Notes: generated from the letters alone by a model not told the origin. A DNA stretch of 28,401 nt from Gammaproteobacteria bacterium (GCA_025350345.1 JANXYA010000049.1:1-28401), one strand, 5' to 3'. Shown: positions 1 to 8,697, counted from the first letter of the stretch. Numbers and translations are program-made.

Positions 1-1
1 G

Positions 2-499
2 ATCCGCATTCCTGTGCACATGATCGAGACTATTAACAAGCTGAACCGCATTTCCCGGCAGATGCTGCAGGAGATGGGCCGCGAGCCCACTCCCGAAGAG
101 CTCGCCGTGCGCATGGAAATGCCCGAGGACAAGGTGCGCAAGGTGCTGAAGATCGCCAAGGAACCGATCTCGATGGAGACGCCGATCGGGGACGATGAGG
201 ATTCACACCTCGGGGACTTCATCGAGGACACCTCGGTCACCTCCCCCATCGACCAGGCGACCAACGAATCGCTCAAGGAGACCACGCACTCGGTGCTCGC
301 CCAGCTCACGCCGCGCGAGGCCAAGGTGCTGCGCATGCGCTTCGGCATTGACATGAACACCGACCACACGCTCGAGGAAGTCGGCAAGCAGTTCGACGTC
401 ACCCGCGAGCGCATCCGGCAGATCGAGGCCAAGGCGTTGCGCAAGCTCCGGCATCCGAGCCGCAGCGAGCAGTTGCGCAGTTTCCTGATGGACGATTGA
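2..499 (+). CDS. rpoD: RNA polymerase primary sigma factor RpoD, C-terminal part (5'-truncated by window edge)
   Basis: Frame open from base 2: [34 protein letters not shown]...region 4.2 [33 protein letters not shown]; TGA 497-499. Confidence 0.98.
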   Translation: MRIPVHMIETINKLNRISRQMLQEMGREPTPEELAVRMEMPEDKVRKVLKIAKEPISMETPIGDDEDSHLGDFIEDTSVTSPIDQATNESLKETTHSVLAQLTPREAKVLRMRFGIDMNTDHTLEEVGKQFDVTRERIRQIEAKALRKLRHPSRSEQLRSFLMDD

Positions 500-511
500 G
501 GGCGGGCCGAT

Positions 512-853
512 CTAACGGCAGCTGGGGCCGGCTGAACTCCACTCCTGGATGAAGCCGGCGCGGTCGACCACCACGCTCAGCGTGCAGTTCTGCCCTTCAT
601 TGGCGTTGACAAGATACACGCTGTTTCCCCGGGCATCCGCGACCACGCCCTGCTGTTCCTTCTCGTGCCCGGTCCAGTGCAGGAACTCGCTGTAGCGCTG
701 GCCCACCCAGTCATCCATGCGCTGCCCGTAGGTTGCACAACCCGACAACAGGCTGTACACCATTGCGGCGGCCAGCAGAAAGGCTGCGCGGTGCAGCCCT
801 GAGTGCGCGAAGCCGGTGGAGGGGCGAGAAAGTCCGGGCAGGTCCTGGTTCAT
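512..853 (-). CDS. Small hypothetical lipoprotein
   Basis: From ATG 853 (MNQDLPG...): hydrophobic stretch AAFLLAAAMVYSLLSGC ending in a lipobox-like LSGC, then a ~70 aa soluble domain. Start codon uncertain (the ORF track extends to 925). Confidence 0.6.
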   Translation of the reverse strand: MNQDLPGLSRPSTGFAHSGLHRAAFLLAAAMVYSLLSGCATYGQRMDDWVGQRYSEFLHWTGHEKEQQGVVADARGNSVYLVNANEGQNCTLSVVVDRAGFIQEWSSAGPSCR

Positions 854-1066
854 CGCGGCTCGGTTTTCCTGATTCGGCGGCAGGATGTGGGCAGTGATCG
901 CGGCTGCATCATGGACCCATGGCACCGCACTTATCAGCCTATTTCTTCGGTTTGCGACAAATTCCCAAAGTTATGCCCATGATCCCGTCGTCGCCCGGCG
1001 ACAGCGGCGCAAGACATTGCGGCGAATTGTAATGAGTCTAAATAATTCCAGGCCGCTGGCCACCCG

Positions 1067-3511
1067 TTAGGCTCTGATCCGAGCCATCTTCGGGTCGTAC
1101 AGCGGCGCGAGGTGCAGCTGGCAGGGGAAGCGCTCGGTGGCGACCTCGAGTTCATAGTGTCCGGAGAGCAGGTAATCGCGGTCCACGCCGGCTGCGCGGC
1201 GCACGTAGCCGTAGCCAATCGATTGCCCGAAAGTGTGGCCATAGCCGCCGCTGCTCAGCCAGCCGACGCGCTCGCCGTTGCGGTAGAGTGTCTCCCGGCC
1301 GAGCAGCTGCACATCCGGGTCGGCGAGGGTGAAGGCACACAGGAGCTTGGGCAGTGGCGACTGGTTGCGCTCGATCAGGGCCTCGCGGCCCAAGAACGGC
1401 ACGCCGGACTTGAGCTTGACGGCCCAGCCCAGGCCCGCCTCGAAAGGGGTGTGATCGGGGCCGATGTCCGCGCCCCAGGCGCGATAGCCCTTTTCCAGCC
1501 GCAGGCTCTCGATCGCGCGATACCCGGCATTGACGATGCCGAAGGCCGCCCCCGCGCGCAGCAGCGCGCTGTAGACAGTCACGGCGAACTCCACCGGGAC
1601 ATGCAGCTCCCAGCCGAGCTCGCCGACATAGGTGATGCGCAGCGCCAGCACCGGTGCGCCGGCGAGCTGCAGGCGACGCGCCTGGCCGAAGGGAAAGGCG
1701 GCGTTGCCCAGTGGCTCGCGCGTCAGCATCTCCAGCACCTGCCGCGAGCGCGGTCCCATGAGCGCGAGCACCGCGTGGGCGGGCGTGACGTCGATCAGGC
1801 GGGCGTCCAGGCCGGGTGGAATCTGCCGCGAGATCCAGTCGAAATCGTGGGTCGCGAAGCCGGTGCCGGTGACAAGGTAGTAGGCGTCCGTCGCGATACG
1901 TGCGAGGGTGAGGTCGCACTCGATGCCGCCGCGCTCATTGAGCAGCTGCGTGTAGACGAGACTGCCGACGGGCCTTGCCACCTCGTTGGCGCAGATCCAG
2001 CTCAGGGCCCGCTCCGCGTCGCGCCCGACCAGCTCAAACTTGGCGAAGGAGGTCTGGTCAAAGAGCGCCACCCGCTCGCGCGTGGCCTGGTGCTCGCGCG
2101 CCACGGCCGCGAACCAGTTCGGACGCCCGAAGCTGTAGACATCGCGCGCCTCTTCTCCCGCCGCCGCGAACCAGTTCGGCCGTTCCCAGCCGAGCTTCTC
2201 GCCGAACACCGCGCCCTGCTCCTGCAGCAGCGCGTACAACGGCGAGCGGCGTAACGGCCGGCCGCTCGCGTGTTCCTCGCCGGGCCAGGCGATGGTGTAA
2301 TGCTTGCCATAGAGCTCGAGCGTGCGGCTGCGCACCCAGTCGAGGTCCGCGTGCGGCGGGCCGAAGCGCCGGATGTCGACCGGCCACAGATCGAGCGGCG
2401 CCTCGCCGCCGACGATCCACTCGGCGAGCATCTTCCCGGCGCCACCGCCCGAGGCGATGCCGAAGGCGTTGAAGCCGGCGCCCACGTAGAACCCGCTCAC
2501 TCCCGGCGCCGGCCCGAGGATGAAATTGCCGTCGGGCGTGAAACTCTCCGGCCCGTTGATGAGCTCCTTGACGCCGGCGGAGGCGAGCGCGGGCACGCGC
2601 GATAGCGCCAGCTCGAGGAGCGGCTGGAAGTGATCCCAGTCGGCCGGCAACAGCTGAAAGTTGAAATTGTCGGGAAAGCCCTCGATCGCCCAGGGCTTCG
2701 GGTTCGGCTCGTAACCGCCCATGACCAGTCCACCGACGTCCTCCTTGTAATAGGTGAGCCGGTCCGGATCGCGCAGGGTGGGCAGGCCGCGCTTGATGCC
2801 GGCAATGGCGTCCGTGATGAGGTACTGGTGCTGCACCGAGACCAGCGGCACGTTCACGCCCGCCATCGCGCCGATCTGCCGCGCCCACTGGCCGGCGCAG
2901 TTCACGATCACTTCGCACGACACGCGTCCCCGATCGGTGTTGATCGCCTGCACCCGGCCGCGCTCGAGCTCGACGCCGAGCACGGTCGTGTCTTCGAACA
3001 CGCGTACTCCGCGCATGCGCGCGCCCCTGGCGAGCGATTGCGTGATGTCGGAGGGATTGACCTGGCCGTCGGTCGGCAGGAAGGCGGCGCCGACCAGATC
3101 CGAAATTTCCATCAGCGGCCACAGTTGCTGCGCTTCGCGTGGCGTGAGCAGGTGCATCTCGAGGCCGAAGGAGCGCGCGCTGGTGGCCTGGCGCTTCAGT
3201 TCGATCCAGCGTGCCTCGTTGCAGGCGAGACGCAGGCCGCCGTTCATCTGCCAGCCGCTCGCCAGACCCGTCTCCGCTTCGAGCGCGTTGTAGAGCGCCA
3301 CCGAGTGGCCGAGCAGCTGCGTGATGTTGGCGCTGGTGCGCAGCTGCCCGACCAGGCCGGCGGCGTGATGCGTCGAGCCCGAAGTGAGCTTGTGCCGCTC
3401 GATGATGATCGTATCGGTCCAGCCCAGCTTCGCCAGGTGGTAGGCCGTCGAACAGCCGACGATGCCGCCACCGATGACCACCGCGCGCGCCTGCGTGGGC
3501 AGCTCAGCCAT
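1067..3511 (-). CDS. GcvT-family FAD-dependent oxidoreductase (dimethylglycine/sarcosine dehydrogenase-like)
   Basis: N-terminal VIGGGIVG FAD motif, TSGSTHHAAGLVGQLR, GPESFTPDGNFILG, GFNAFGIASGGGAG, then GcvT-like folate-binding domain (LNERGGIECDLT, YVGELGWEL, AGYRAIESLRLEKGY); 814 aa. Confidence 0.93.
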   Translation of the reverse strand: MAELPTQARAVVIGGGIVGCSTAYHLAKLGWTDTIIIERHKLTSGSTHHAAGLVGQLRTSANITQLLGHSVALYNALEAETGLASGWQMNGGLRLACNEARWIELKRQATSARSFGLEMHLLTPREAQQLWPLMEISDLVGAAFLPTDGQVNPSDITQSLARGARMRGVRVFEDTTVLGVELERGRVQAINTDRGRVSCEVIVNCAGQWARQIGAMAGVNVPLVSVQHQYLITDAIAGIKRGLPTLRDPDRLTYYKEDVGGLVMGGYEPNPKPWAIEGFPDNFNFQLLPADWDHFQPLLELALSRVPALASAGVKELINGPESFTPDGNFILGPAPGVSGFYVGAGFNAFGIASGGGAGKMLAEWIVGGEAPLDLWPVDIRRFGPPHADLDWVRSRTLELYGKHYTIAWPGEEHASGRPLRRSPLYALLQEQGAVFGEKLGWERPNWFAAAGEEARDVYSFGRPNWFAAVAREHQATRERVALFDQTSFAKFELVGRDAERALSWICANEVARPVGSLVYTQLLNERGGIECDLTLARIATDAYYLVTGTGFATHDFDWISRQIPPGLDARLIDVTPAHAVLALMGPRSRQVLEMLTREPLGNAAFPFGQARRLQLAGAPVLALRITYVGELGWELHVPVEFAVTVYSALLRAGAAFGIVNAGYRAIESLRLEKGYRAWGADIGPDHTPFEAGLGWAVKLKSGVPFLGREALIERNQSPLPKLLCAFTLADPDVQLLGRETLYRNGERVGWLSSGGYGHTFGQSIGYGYVRRAAGVDRDYLLSGHYELEVATERFPCQLHLAPLYDPKMARIRA

Positions 3512-3653
3512 GCTGTTCCTGGAACTGCTGCCCGCTGCGATCGCTGACCCGGCAGTCGCGATTGGTGATGCCGCCGCACAGGGGTGCGATCTCTGCGTTG
3601 CCGGTCCAGCACGGTAGCGCGCGTATCGCCTTATCGTTGTTCTTTTCGCTCAT
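3504..3653 (-). pseudogene. Remnant of choline/ethanolamine kinase-family phosphotransferase (49 aa, large internal deletion)
   Basis: Hand translation from ATG 3653: MSEKNNDKAIRALPCWTGNAEIAPLCGGITNRDCRVSDRSGQQFQEQHG*. ALPCW.G..EI.PL.GGITN resembles the N-terminus of choline kinase-family proteins. The stop overlaps the GcvT-family start. Below the ORF-track cutoff. Confidence 0.7.
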
Positions 3654-3684
3654 GCCAGCCTTCCGGGCGCGTGCCGGCGCCGAT

Positions 3685-3690
3685 TATACT
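3685..3690 (+). promoter_or_regulatory. Candidate sigma70 -10 element (TATACT), 7 nt before the hisN ATG
   Basis: gatTATACTcgggcgcATG. No Shine-Dalgarno in the spacer and no convincing -35. Confidence 0.4.
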
Positions 3691-3697
3691 CGGGCGC

Positions 3698-4486
3698 ATG
3701 ATCTTCGCGCGTCATCCCGACGGCCCCCGTGCTCTCGCGCTCGCCCAGAGCATGGCGGACATGGCGCGCCGGATTGCGCGCGGTTATTTCCGCGGCGCCA
3801 TCGATGTGGAACAGAAGGCCGACCACAGTCCGGTGACCGTGGCCGATCGCGCGATCGAGAGCGAGATGCGCCGCATGATCCGCGCGGAGTTTCCGACGCA
3901 CGGCATCCGCGGTGAGGAATTCGCGGCCGAGGCCGGCGCGGAGTTCACCTGGGTGCTCGATCCGATCGACGGCACCAAGAGCTTCATCAGCGGCTTTCCG
4001 CTGTTTGGTTCCCTGATCGCGCTGATGCTGGAGGATCGGCCCGTGCTCGGCGTGATCGAAGCTCCGGCGCTCAACGAGCGATGGATCGGCAGCAGCGGGT
4101 CGCCGACGACATTCAACGATGCGCCGGCCCGCACCAGCGCCTGCCAGGCCATCGAGGCGGCGCGCGTGTACAGCACTTCCACCGATTCCCTCCACGGCGA
4201 GCACCTGCGACGCTTCGACCAGCTCTCGCGCCGCGCGGCCATGCGCCGCTACGGGGGCGATTGCTACATCTATGGCCTGCTGGCCTCCGGCCATTGCGAT
4301 CTGGTCATTGAAGGCGCGCTCAAGCCGCACGATTTCATGGCGCTGATTCCCGTGATCGAAGGTGCGGGCGGCAGGATCAGCGACTGGAACGGCGCGGCTC
4401 TCAGCAGCCAATCCGGTGATCGCGTGGTGGCGGCGGCCACCGAGAAACTGTGGGCGCAGGCGGTCAGCGCGCTGGCAGGCCCGTAA
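3698..4486 (+). CDS. hisN: Histidinol-phosphatase, inositol monophosphatase family
   Basis: KADHSPVTVADRAIE, HGIRGEEF, WVLDPIDGTKSFISGFPLFGSLIAL, RYGGDCYIYGLLASG, LKPHDFMALIPVIEGAGG. Start placed at ATG 3698 (MIFARHPDG). Confidence 0.85.
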   Translation: MIFARHPDGPRALALAQSMADMARRIARGYFRGAIDVEQKADHSPVTVADRAIESEMRRMIRAEFPTHGIRGEEFAAEAGAEFTWVLDPIDGTKSFISGFPLFGSLIALMLEDRPVLGVIEAPALNERWIGSSGSPTTFNDAPARTSACQAIEAARVYSTSTDSLHGEHLRRFDQLSRRAAMRRYGGDCYIYGLLASGHCDLVIEGALKPHDFMALIPVIEGAGGRISDWNGAALSSQSGDRVVAAATEKLWAQAVSALAGP

Positions 4487-4508
4487 TGACTGGACTCAAG
4501 GAGCCAAG

Positions 4509-5291
4509 ATGACCGATCTGCTTCAGGCCGTGGTGCTCGGCATCATCGAAGGCCTCACGGAATTCCTGCCCGTCTCCAGCACCGGCCACCTGCTGATCGC
4601 CGAGCACTGGCTCGGCGAGCGCAGCGAGTTGTTCAACGTGGCCATCCAGGCCGGCGCAATTCTTGCCGCGGTCGTCGTCTTCTGGCCGCGAATCAGCCAG
4701 CTGCTGCTGGGCTTCGCCGTGCGCGAGAACCGCGACTACCTCGCCAAGCTCCTGCTCGCGTTTTCAATCACCATGGCGGGCGCCTTCACGGCCAAGCAGC
4801 TGGGCGTGACGCTGCCCGAGTCGGTCGTTCCGGTCGCTATTGCGCTGCTCGTGGGCGGCGCGCTTATCCTGCTGATCGAATGGCGGGTGAGCGGCCGCCC
4901 GCTCGTGACCGAGCTCAGCTGGTCGATCGCCTTCTGGGTGGGAGCAGCGCAGGTCCTCGCCGCCGTGTTTCCGGGCACCTCGCGCTCTGCCGCCACGATC
5001 TTCGCCGCGATGCTGGCCGGCCTCACCTCGCGCCCGGCCGCGACCGAGTTTGCCTTCCTGGTCGGCATTCCCACCATGTTCGCGGCCACCGGCTACGAAT
5101 TCATCAAATTGCGCGGCACCCCGACGGCGGGGGAGGACTGGAGCGCGCTGGCGGTCGCCTCAGTCGTTGCCGCCGTGGTGGCCTTCGCGGCGGTCAAGTG
5201 GCTGCTGCGCTATATCCAGACCCACCGCTTCACGGTATTTGCCTGGTACCGCATTGCGGCAGGACTCTTTCTCCTTTTATTCGCACGCTGA
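4509..5291 (+). CDS. uppP: Undecaprenyl-diphosphate phosphatase (BacA/UppP)
   Basis: LGIIEGLTEFLPVSSTGHL and PGTSRSAATI motifs; polytopic membrane protein; AAGGAG RBS before ATG 4509. Confidence 0.96.
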   Translation: MTDLLQAVVLGIIEGLTEFLPVSSTGHLLIAEHWLGERSELFNVAIQAGAILAAVVVFWPRISQLLLGFAVRENRDYLAKLLLAFSITMAGAFTAKQLGVTLPESVVPVAIALLVGGALILLIEWRVSGRPLVTELSWSIAFWVGAAQVLAAVFPGTSRSAATIFAAMLAGLTSRPAATEFAFLVGIPTMFAATGYEFIKLRGTPTAGEDWSALAVASVVAAVVAFAAVKWLLRYIQTHRFTVFAWYRIAAGLFLLLFAR

Positions 5292-5374
5292 TCGGACCTG
5301 ATCCCGTTGGCGGTCAACCGATCGCCCGGCGCGGCGTTGTCTGCTGTACCCGTAACCTTCGAACGGAGACAGCC

Positions 5375-7285
5375 ATGTCTGCAAATCCAGACACCATTAC
5401 GTCCAATTCACCCGTCCGCTGGGCTGCCCGCCTGTTCAAGGCCGGCGTTGCCACCGTGGCCGCGTTGCTCGTCGCCTGTGGCGGCGGCTCCGGTGACATG
5501 GGTGGTTCGAGCAATGGAGGCAGTGGCACGAGCTGCACCGGGAGTTGCGGTGCAACCGTCATCACGATGCAGGACGCGGCCGGCGATTTCCTCAGTTATA
5601 CCGTGGACGTTGTCTCCCTCAAGCTCAGGACGGCCAGCGGCGCGACAGTTGAGACGCTACCCGCCACCACCCGCGTCGACTTCGCGCAGCTGGTCGACCT
5701 GTCGGAGCTGATCAGCGCCGGACAGATCCCGGCCGGCGACTATGTGGCCGCGACCATGACGGTCGACTACAGCAACGCCAGCATTACGGCCGACGATGGC
5801 GCCGGCGGCAGCCTGGCCCTCACGCCGCTCGATACCAGCGGCAATGCGCTGACCGGCCCTGTCGATCTGACCGTGCAACTCGACAACCGCCACCAACTCG
5901 TCATCACACCGGGACGCACCGCGCGCCTGGCCTTTGATTTTAATCTTGCCGTGTCCAACACGGTCGACCTCGCCACCGCCTCGGTCACCGTGATGCCGTT
6001 GATTCAGGCCACGGTCGTGCCGCCGGCGGACCTCCCGATACGCGTGCGCGGCATCATGGTCGCGACCGACACCACAGCGAGTACCTACACGGTCAACGTG
6101 CGGCCCTTCCATCTCTGGTCGGGCAGTGCGGGCCAGGTCGTCGTGCACACGACCGGTACCACCTCGTATGAAGTCGATGGCACCTCCTACACGGGTGCCG
6201 CGGGTCTCGCGGCGCTGGCCGCCGAGCCTGCCAATACCTACACCGTCGCCCGGGGCACGCTGCAGACCAGCGACTGGAGTTTCACCGCGACGCGCGTGCT
6301 GGCCGGCAGCAGCGTCGATGGCGATACCATGGATCACGTGCGCGGCGTGGTCACTGCACGGAGCGGGGACACGCTGACCGTGCGCGGCGCCACGGTCGAC
6401 TGGCGCGCTGGCGGCTTCGAGTTCATGCGTGGCAGTGTCACGGTCAACGTGGCAGCGGCGACCAAGGTCACAGAGGAAGGCGCGACCGGGAGCTTCGACA
6501 TCAGCGACATCTCGGTGGGCCAGCGCATCTCCGCATCTGGCACCGTGAGCGTCGACAGCGTCTCTGGCGCGGCGACGCTCGATGCCACGGCCGGCCGTGT
6601 GCGCCTCGAGATCACCTCGCTCTGGGGCCTCGTCACCGGATCGGTCGGCAATCCCCTGGTGCTGAACCTGCAGGCGATCGAGGGCCGCGATCCGTCGCAC
6701 TTCAACTTCGCGGGCACGGGCGCCAGCGCGGCCACGGACGCCAGCGCCGCGGCCTACGCCATCGACACCGGCACGCTCGATCTGAGCGCCCTCTCGGTCG
6801 GCGGTCCGGCGCGGCTGTTCGGATTTCCGGTCCCCTTCGGTAGCGCCACGAACGTGGACTTCAGCGCCCAGACGCTGGTGTCGTACTCCGCTGTTCCGAA
6901 TGTGCTGGCCATCGGCTGGACGCAGTCGGGCTCCACCACGGCGTTCCCGAGCCTGAGCGCCAGCAGCACCAGCCTGAATCTGGATCTGACCGGCGTAGGC
7001 CTGGTGCACTTCCTGCAGATCGGGCCGCAACGCCTGAACCTGCTGAGCCTGGCTGCGGCGCCGCAGATCGTGCCCGACACGACGGCGCTGGCCACGCTCT
7101 ATGCGATCGGTCATGCCCACTCGCGCAGGATCGACAATTTCCTGGCGTTCAGCGATTTCATCACCGCCCTGGCGGGCGACATGAATGGCACGACCGCGGC
7201 GCTCGGCATCGCCGCCGCGGGCCAGTACGATGCGACCGGCAACACGTTCAGCGCCAACCACCTCGCGGTGCTGCTGAACGACTGA
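5375..7285 (+). CDS. Large beta-rich lipoprotein, DUF4382-like N-terminal domain
   Basis: GGAG RBS then ATG 5375; lipobox LLVAC followed by a Gly/Ser linker; ITMQDAAGDFLSYTVDV...TTRVDFAQLVDLSE resembles DUF4382 proteins; Thr/Val/Gly-rich repeated beta modules; 636 aa. Confidence 0.75.
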   Translation: MSANPDTITSNSPVRWAARLFKAGVATVAALLVACGGGSGDMGGSSNGGSGTSCTGSCGATVITMQDAAGDFLSYTVDVVSLKLRTASGATVETLPATTRVDFAQLVDLSELISAGQIPAGDYVAATMTVDYSNASITADDGAGGSLALTPLDTSGNALTGPVDLTVQLDNRHQLVITPGRTARLAFDFNLAVSNTVDLATASVTVMPLIQATVVPPADLPIRVRGIMVATDTTASTYTVNVRPFHLWSGSAGQVVVHTTGTTSYEVDGTSYTGAAGLAALAAEPANTYTVARGTLQTSDWSFTATRVLAGSSVDGDTMDHVRGVVTARSGDTLTVRGATVDWRAGGFEFMRGSVTVNVAAATKVTEEGATGSFDISDISVGQRISASGTVSVDSVSGAATLDATAGRVRLEITSLWGLVTGSVGNPLVLNLQAIEGRDPSHFNFAGTGASAATDASAAAYAIDTGTLDLSALSVGGPARLFGFPVPFGSATNVDFSAQTLVSYSAVPNVLAIGWTQSGSTTAFPSLSASSTSLNLDLTGVGLVHFLQIGPQRLNLLSLAAAPQIVPDTTALATLYAIGHAHSRRIDNFLAFSDFITALAGDMNGTTAALGIAAAGQYDATGNTFSANHLAVLLND

Positions 7286-7309
7286 AGAGCGGCCCTGCCT
7301 CCTCGGCTG

Positions 7310-7340
7310 AAGGGCCCGCGCCGCAAGGCGCGGGCCCTTT
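7310..7340 (+). terminator. Rho-independent terminator-like hairpin
   Basis: AAGGGCCCGCGCC-GCAA-GGCGCGGGCCCTT-T: perfect 13-bp stem, GNRA tetraloop, short T tract, 25 nt after the stop at 7285. Confidence 0.8.
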
Positions 7341-7353
7341 GGCGTTGCGCGGG

Positions 7354-7381
7354 TTGCAAACGGAAGGACGCCACCCCACAT
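7354..7381 (+). promoter_or_regulatory. Candidate sigma32 (RpoH) promoter
   Basis: TTGCAA-N14-CCCCACAT versus the E. coli consensus TTGAAA-N13/14-CCCCATNT; lies 33 nt upstream of the nitroreductase ATG. Confidence 0.55.
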
Positions 7382-7414
7382 TACCCGTCCACGACCCGAC
7401 TCCTGGATTCTCCC

Positions 7415-8002
7415 ATGGTCAAAGGCAGCGCCTACCGCCAGGCCGCATATCCCATCCAGCCCCAGTTCCTCGACCGCTGGTCCTCACGGGCGATGTCGGG
7501 CGAAGCGCTCAGCGAGGCCGAACTGATGCCGCTGCTCGAGGCGGCACGCTGGGCGCCCTCATCGGGAAACTTCCAGCCCTGGCGATTTCTCTACGCGCGG
7601 CGCGACACCGATTTCTGGCCGGCATTCCTGGATCTGCTGAATCCGCGCAACCAGGGCTGGGCCCAGCACGCCGGCGCGCTGGTGCTGCTCATCTCACGCA
7701 CTCACCTGGACGGCGACGGCAAACCCTCCCGCACGCATTCCTACGATACCGGCGCCGCCTGGATGAGCCTGGCGCTGCAGGGCATCTCCGCTGGCCTCGT
7801 GGTCCACGGCATCGAGGGGTTTGACTACGAACGGACGCGACGGGTGCTGCGCGTGCCGGCCGAATATGCCATCGAGGCCATGGCCGTGATCGGCAAGCCG
7901 GGCGATGCGGCGAAGCTCGACGAATCGCTCCAGAAACGCGAGGTGCCCAGCAATCGCCGGCCGCTGGCGCAGAGCGCCTGCGAGGGGCCGTTCAGCCTCT
8001 AG
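7415..8002 (+). CDS. Nitroreductase family protein
   Basis: FLDRWSSRAM, EAARWAPSSGNFQPWRFLYA, HSYDTGAAWMSLALQG, VHGIEGFD motifs. Confidence 0.92.
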   Translation: MVKGSAYRQAAYPIQPQFLDRWSSRAMSGEALSEAELMPLLEAARWAPSSGNFQPWRFLYARRDTDFWPAFLDLLNPRNQGWAQHAGALVLLISRTHLDGDGKPSRTHSYDTGAAWMSLALQGISAGLVVHGIEGFDYERTRRVLRVPAEYAIEAMAVIGKPGDAAKLDESLQKREVPSNRRPLAQSACEGPFSL

Positions 8003-8040
8003 GCGAGGCGCCCGGCTATCCTGCAGGAGCAGCGCAACCG

Positions 8041-8388
8041 ATGAACTACAAAGGCAGCTGTCACTGCGGCCGGATTTCCTTCGGGGTCGACGGACTCCTG
8101 GAGCAGGCCATGGAGTGCAACTGCTCGCACTGCAGTCGCAAGGCTTACCTGTTGTGGTTCGTGCCGCGTGCACAGTTCTCGCTGCACTCCCCTGAGGCAG
8201 ACCTGGCCACCTACACCTTCAACAAGCACGTCATCAAGCATCACTTTTGTCCAAGATGCAGCTGCGCACCTTTCGGCTTCGGCACGGACCGTTCCGGTAC
8301 AGCGACCGCAGCGATCAATGTGCGCTGCCTGGAAGGCGTGGACCTTGCGTCGATCAGGAAAGTGGCCGTGGACGGGCGCTCCTTCTAG
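8041..8388 (+). CDS. GFA/CENP-V family protein
   Basis: GSCHCG, CNCSHC, HHFCPRCSC, INVRCLEG zinc-binding pattern. Confidence 0.92.
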   Translation: MNYKGSCHCGRISFGVDGLLEQAMECNCSHCSRKAYLLWFVPRAQFSLHSPEADLATYTFNKHVIKHHFCPRCSCAPFGFGTDRSGTATAAINVRCLEGVDLASIRKVAVDGRSF

Positions 8389-8428
8389 CGCGCGCGGTCC
8401 CAACAAAGGGGTAATTGGTTCGGGGTGC

Positions 8429-8457
8429 TGGACTGCCTATTGGGCAAGGACCATAGT
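8429..8457 (+). promoter_or_regulatory. Candidate sigma70 promoter
   Basis: TGGACT-N17-CATAGT (4/6 and 4/6 to consensus) in the 123-nt gap before 8512. Confidence 0.3.
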
Positions 8458-8511
8458 GCGCAGCGCGCGCGACACCCTCTCGTTCGGTCCAGCCAAGTTT
8501 GGGGGATTGAC

Positions 8512-8697
8512 ATGGCACAACGCTTCCTGAAGATCGCCGTCGTATTCCTCTTCCTCGGAGCCGTGCTGGGTATCACGATGGGGATCCTGCAGAATTTCGC
8601 CCTGGTCCCGGTGCACGCGCACGTGGTGCTGCTCGTCCTGCTCGGGCTGGGGTTGTTCATGGTGAACGTGCTGATCAACGTCAGGACTGCCGTGTGA
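8512..8697 (+). pseudogene. Probable internally deleted member of a ~120-aa membrane family (cytochrome oxidase subunit I-like VHAH proteins)
   Basis: MAQRFLKIAVVFLFLGAVLGITMGILQNFALVPVHAH then directly VVLLVLLGLGLFMVNVLINVRTAV. Recalled family members continue VHAHLNLLGW...HFW for about 60 more aa before a similar C-terminal helix. GGGGG RBS; GTGA overlap with the next gene. Confidence 0.5.

Noticed and set aside
500-560. tRNA after rpoD (common arrangement in Gammaproteobacteria)
   Set aside because: No cloverleaf, T-loop (GTTCGA) or CCA; the minus-strand lipoprotein stop lies 12 nt after rpoD.
925-1000. c-di-GMP-I riboswitch-like GCAAACC...GAAA on the minus strand
   Set aside because: Lacks the P2 pairing and the downstream GACGCAAAGC tetraloop-receptor/P3 elements.
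2058-3122. Long alternative-frame/antisense ORFs (e.g. 1112-2254, 2058-3122, 5657-7381, 13669-14892, 19763-21481, 21144-22640, 23409-24767)
   Set aside because: They overlap well-supported genes and have Arg/Ala/Pro-rich, motif-free translations typical of shadow ORFs in GC-rich DNA.
4880-5374. ORF-track N-terminal extensions (4880, 4362, 3584, 19199, 23091, 27004, 27485, 13052)
   Set aside because: They overlap neighbouring genes; the downstream starts have RBS or coupling and family-like N-termini.
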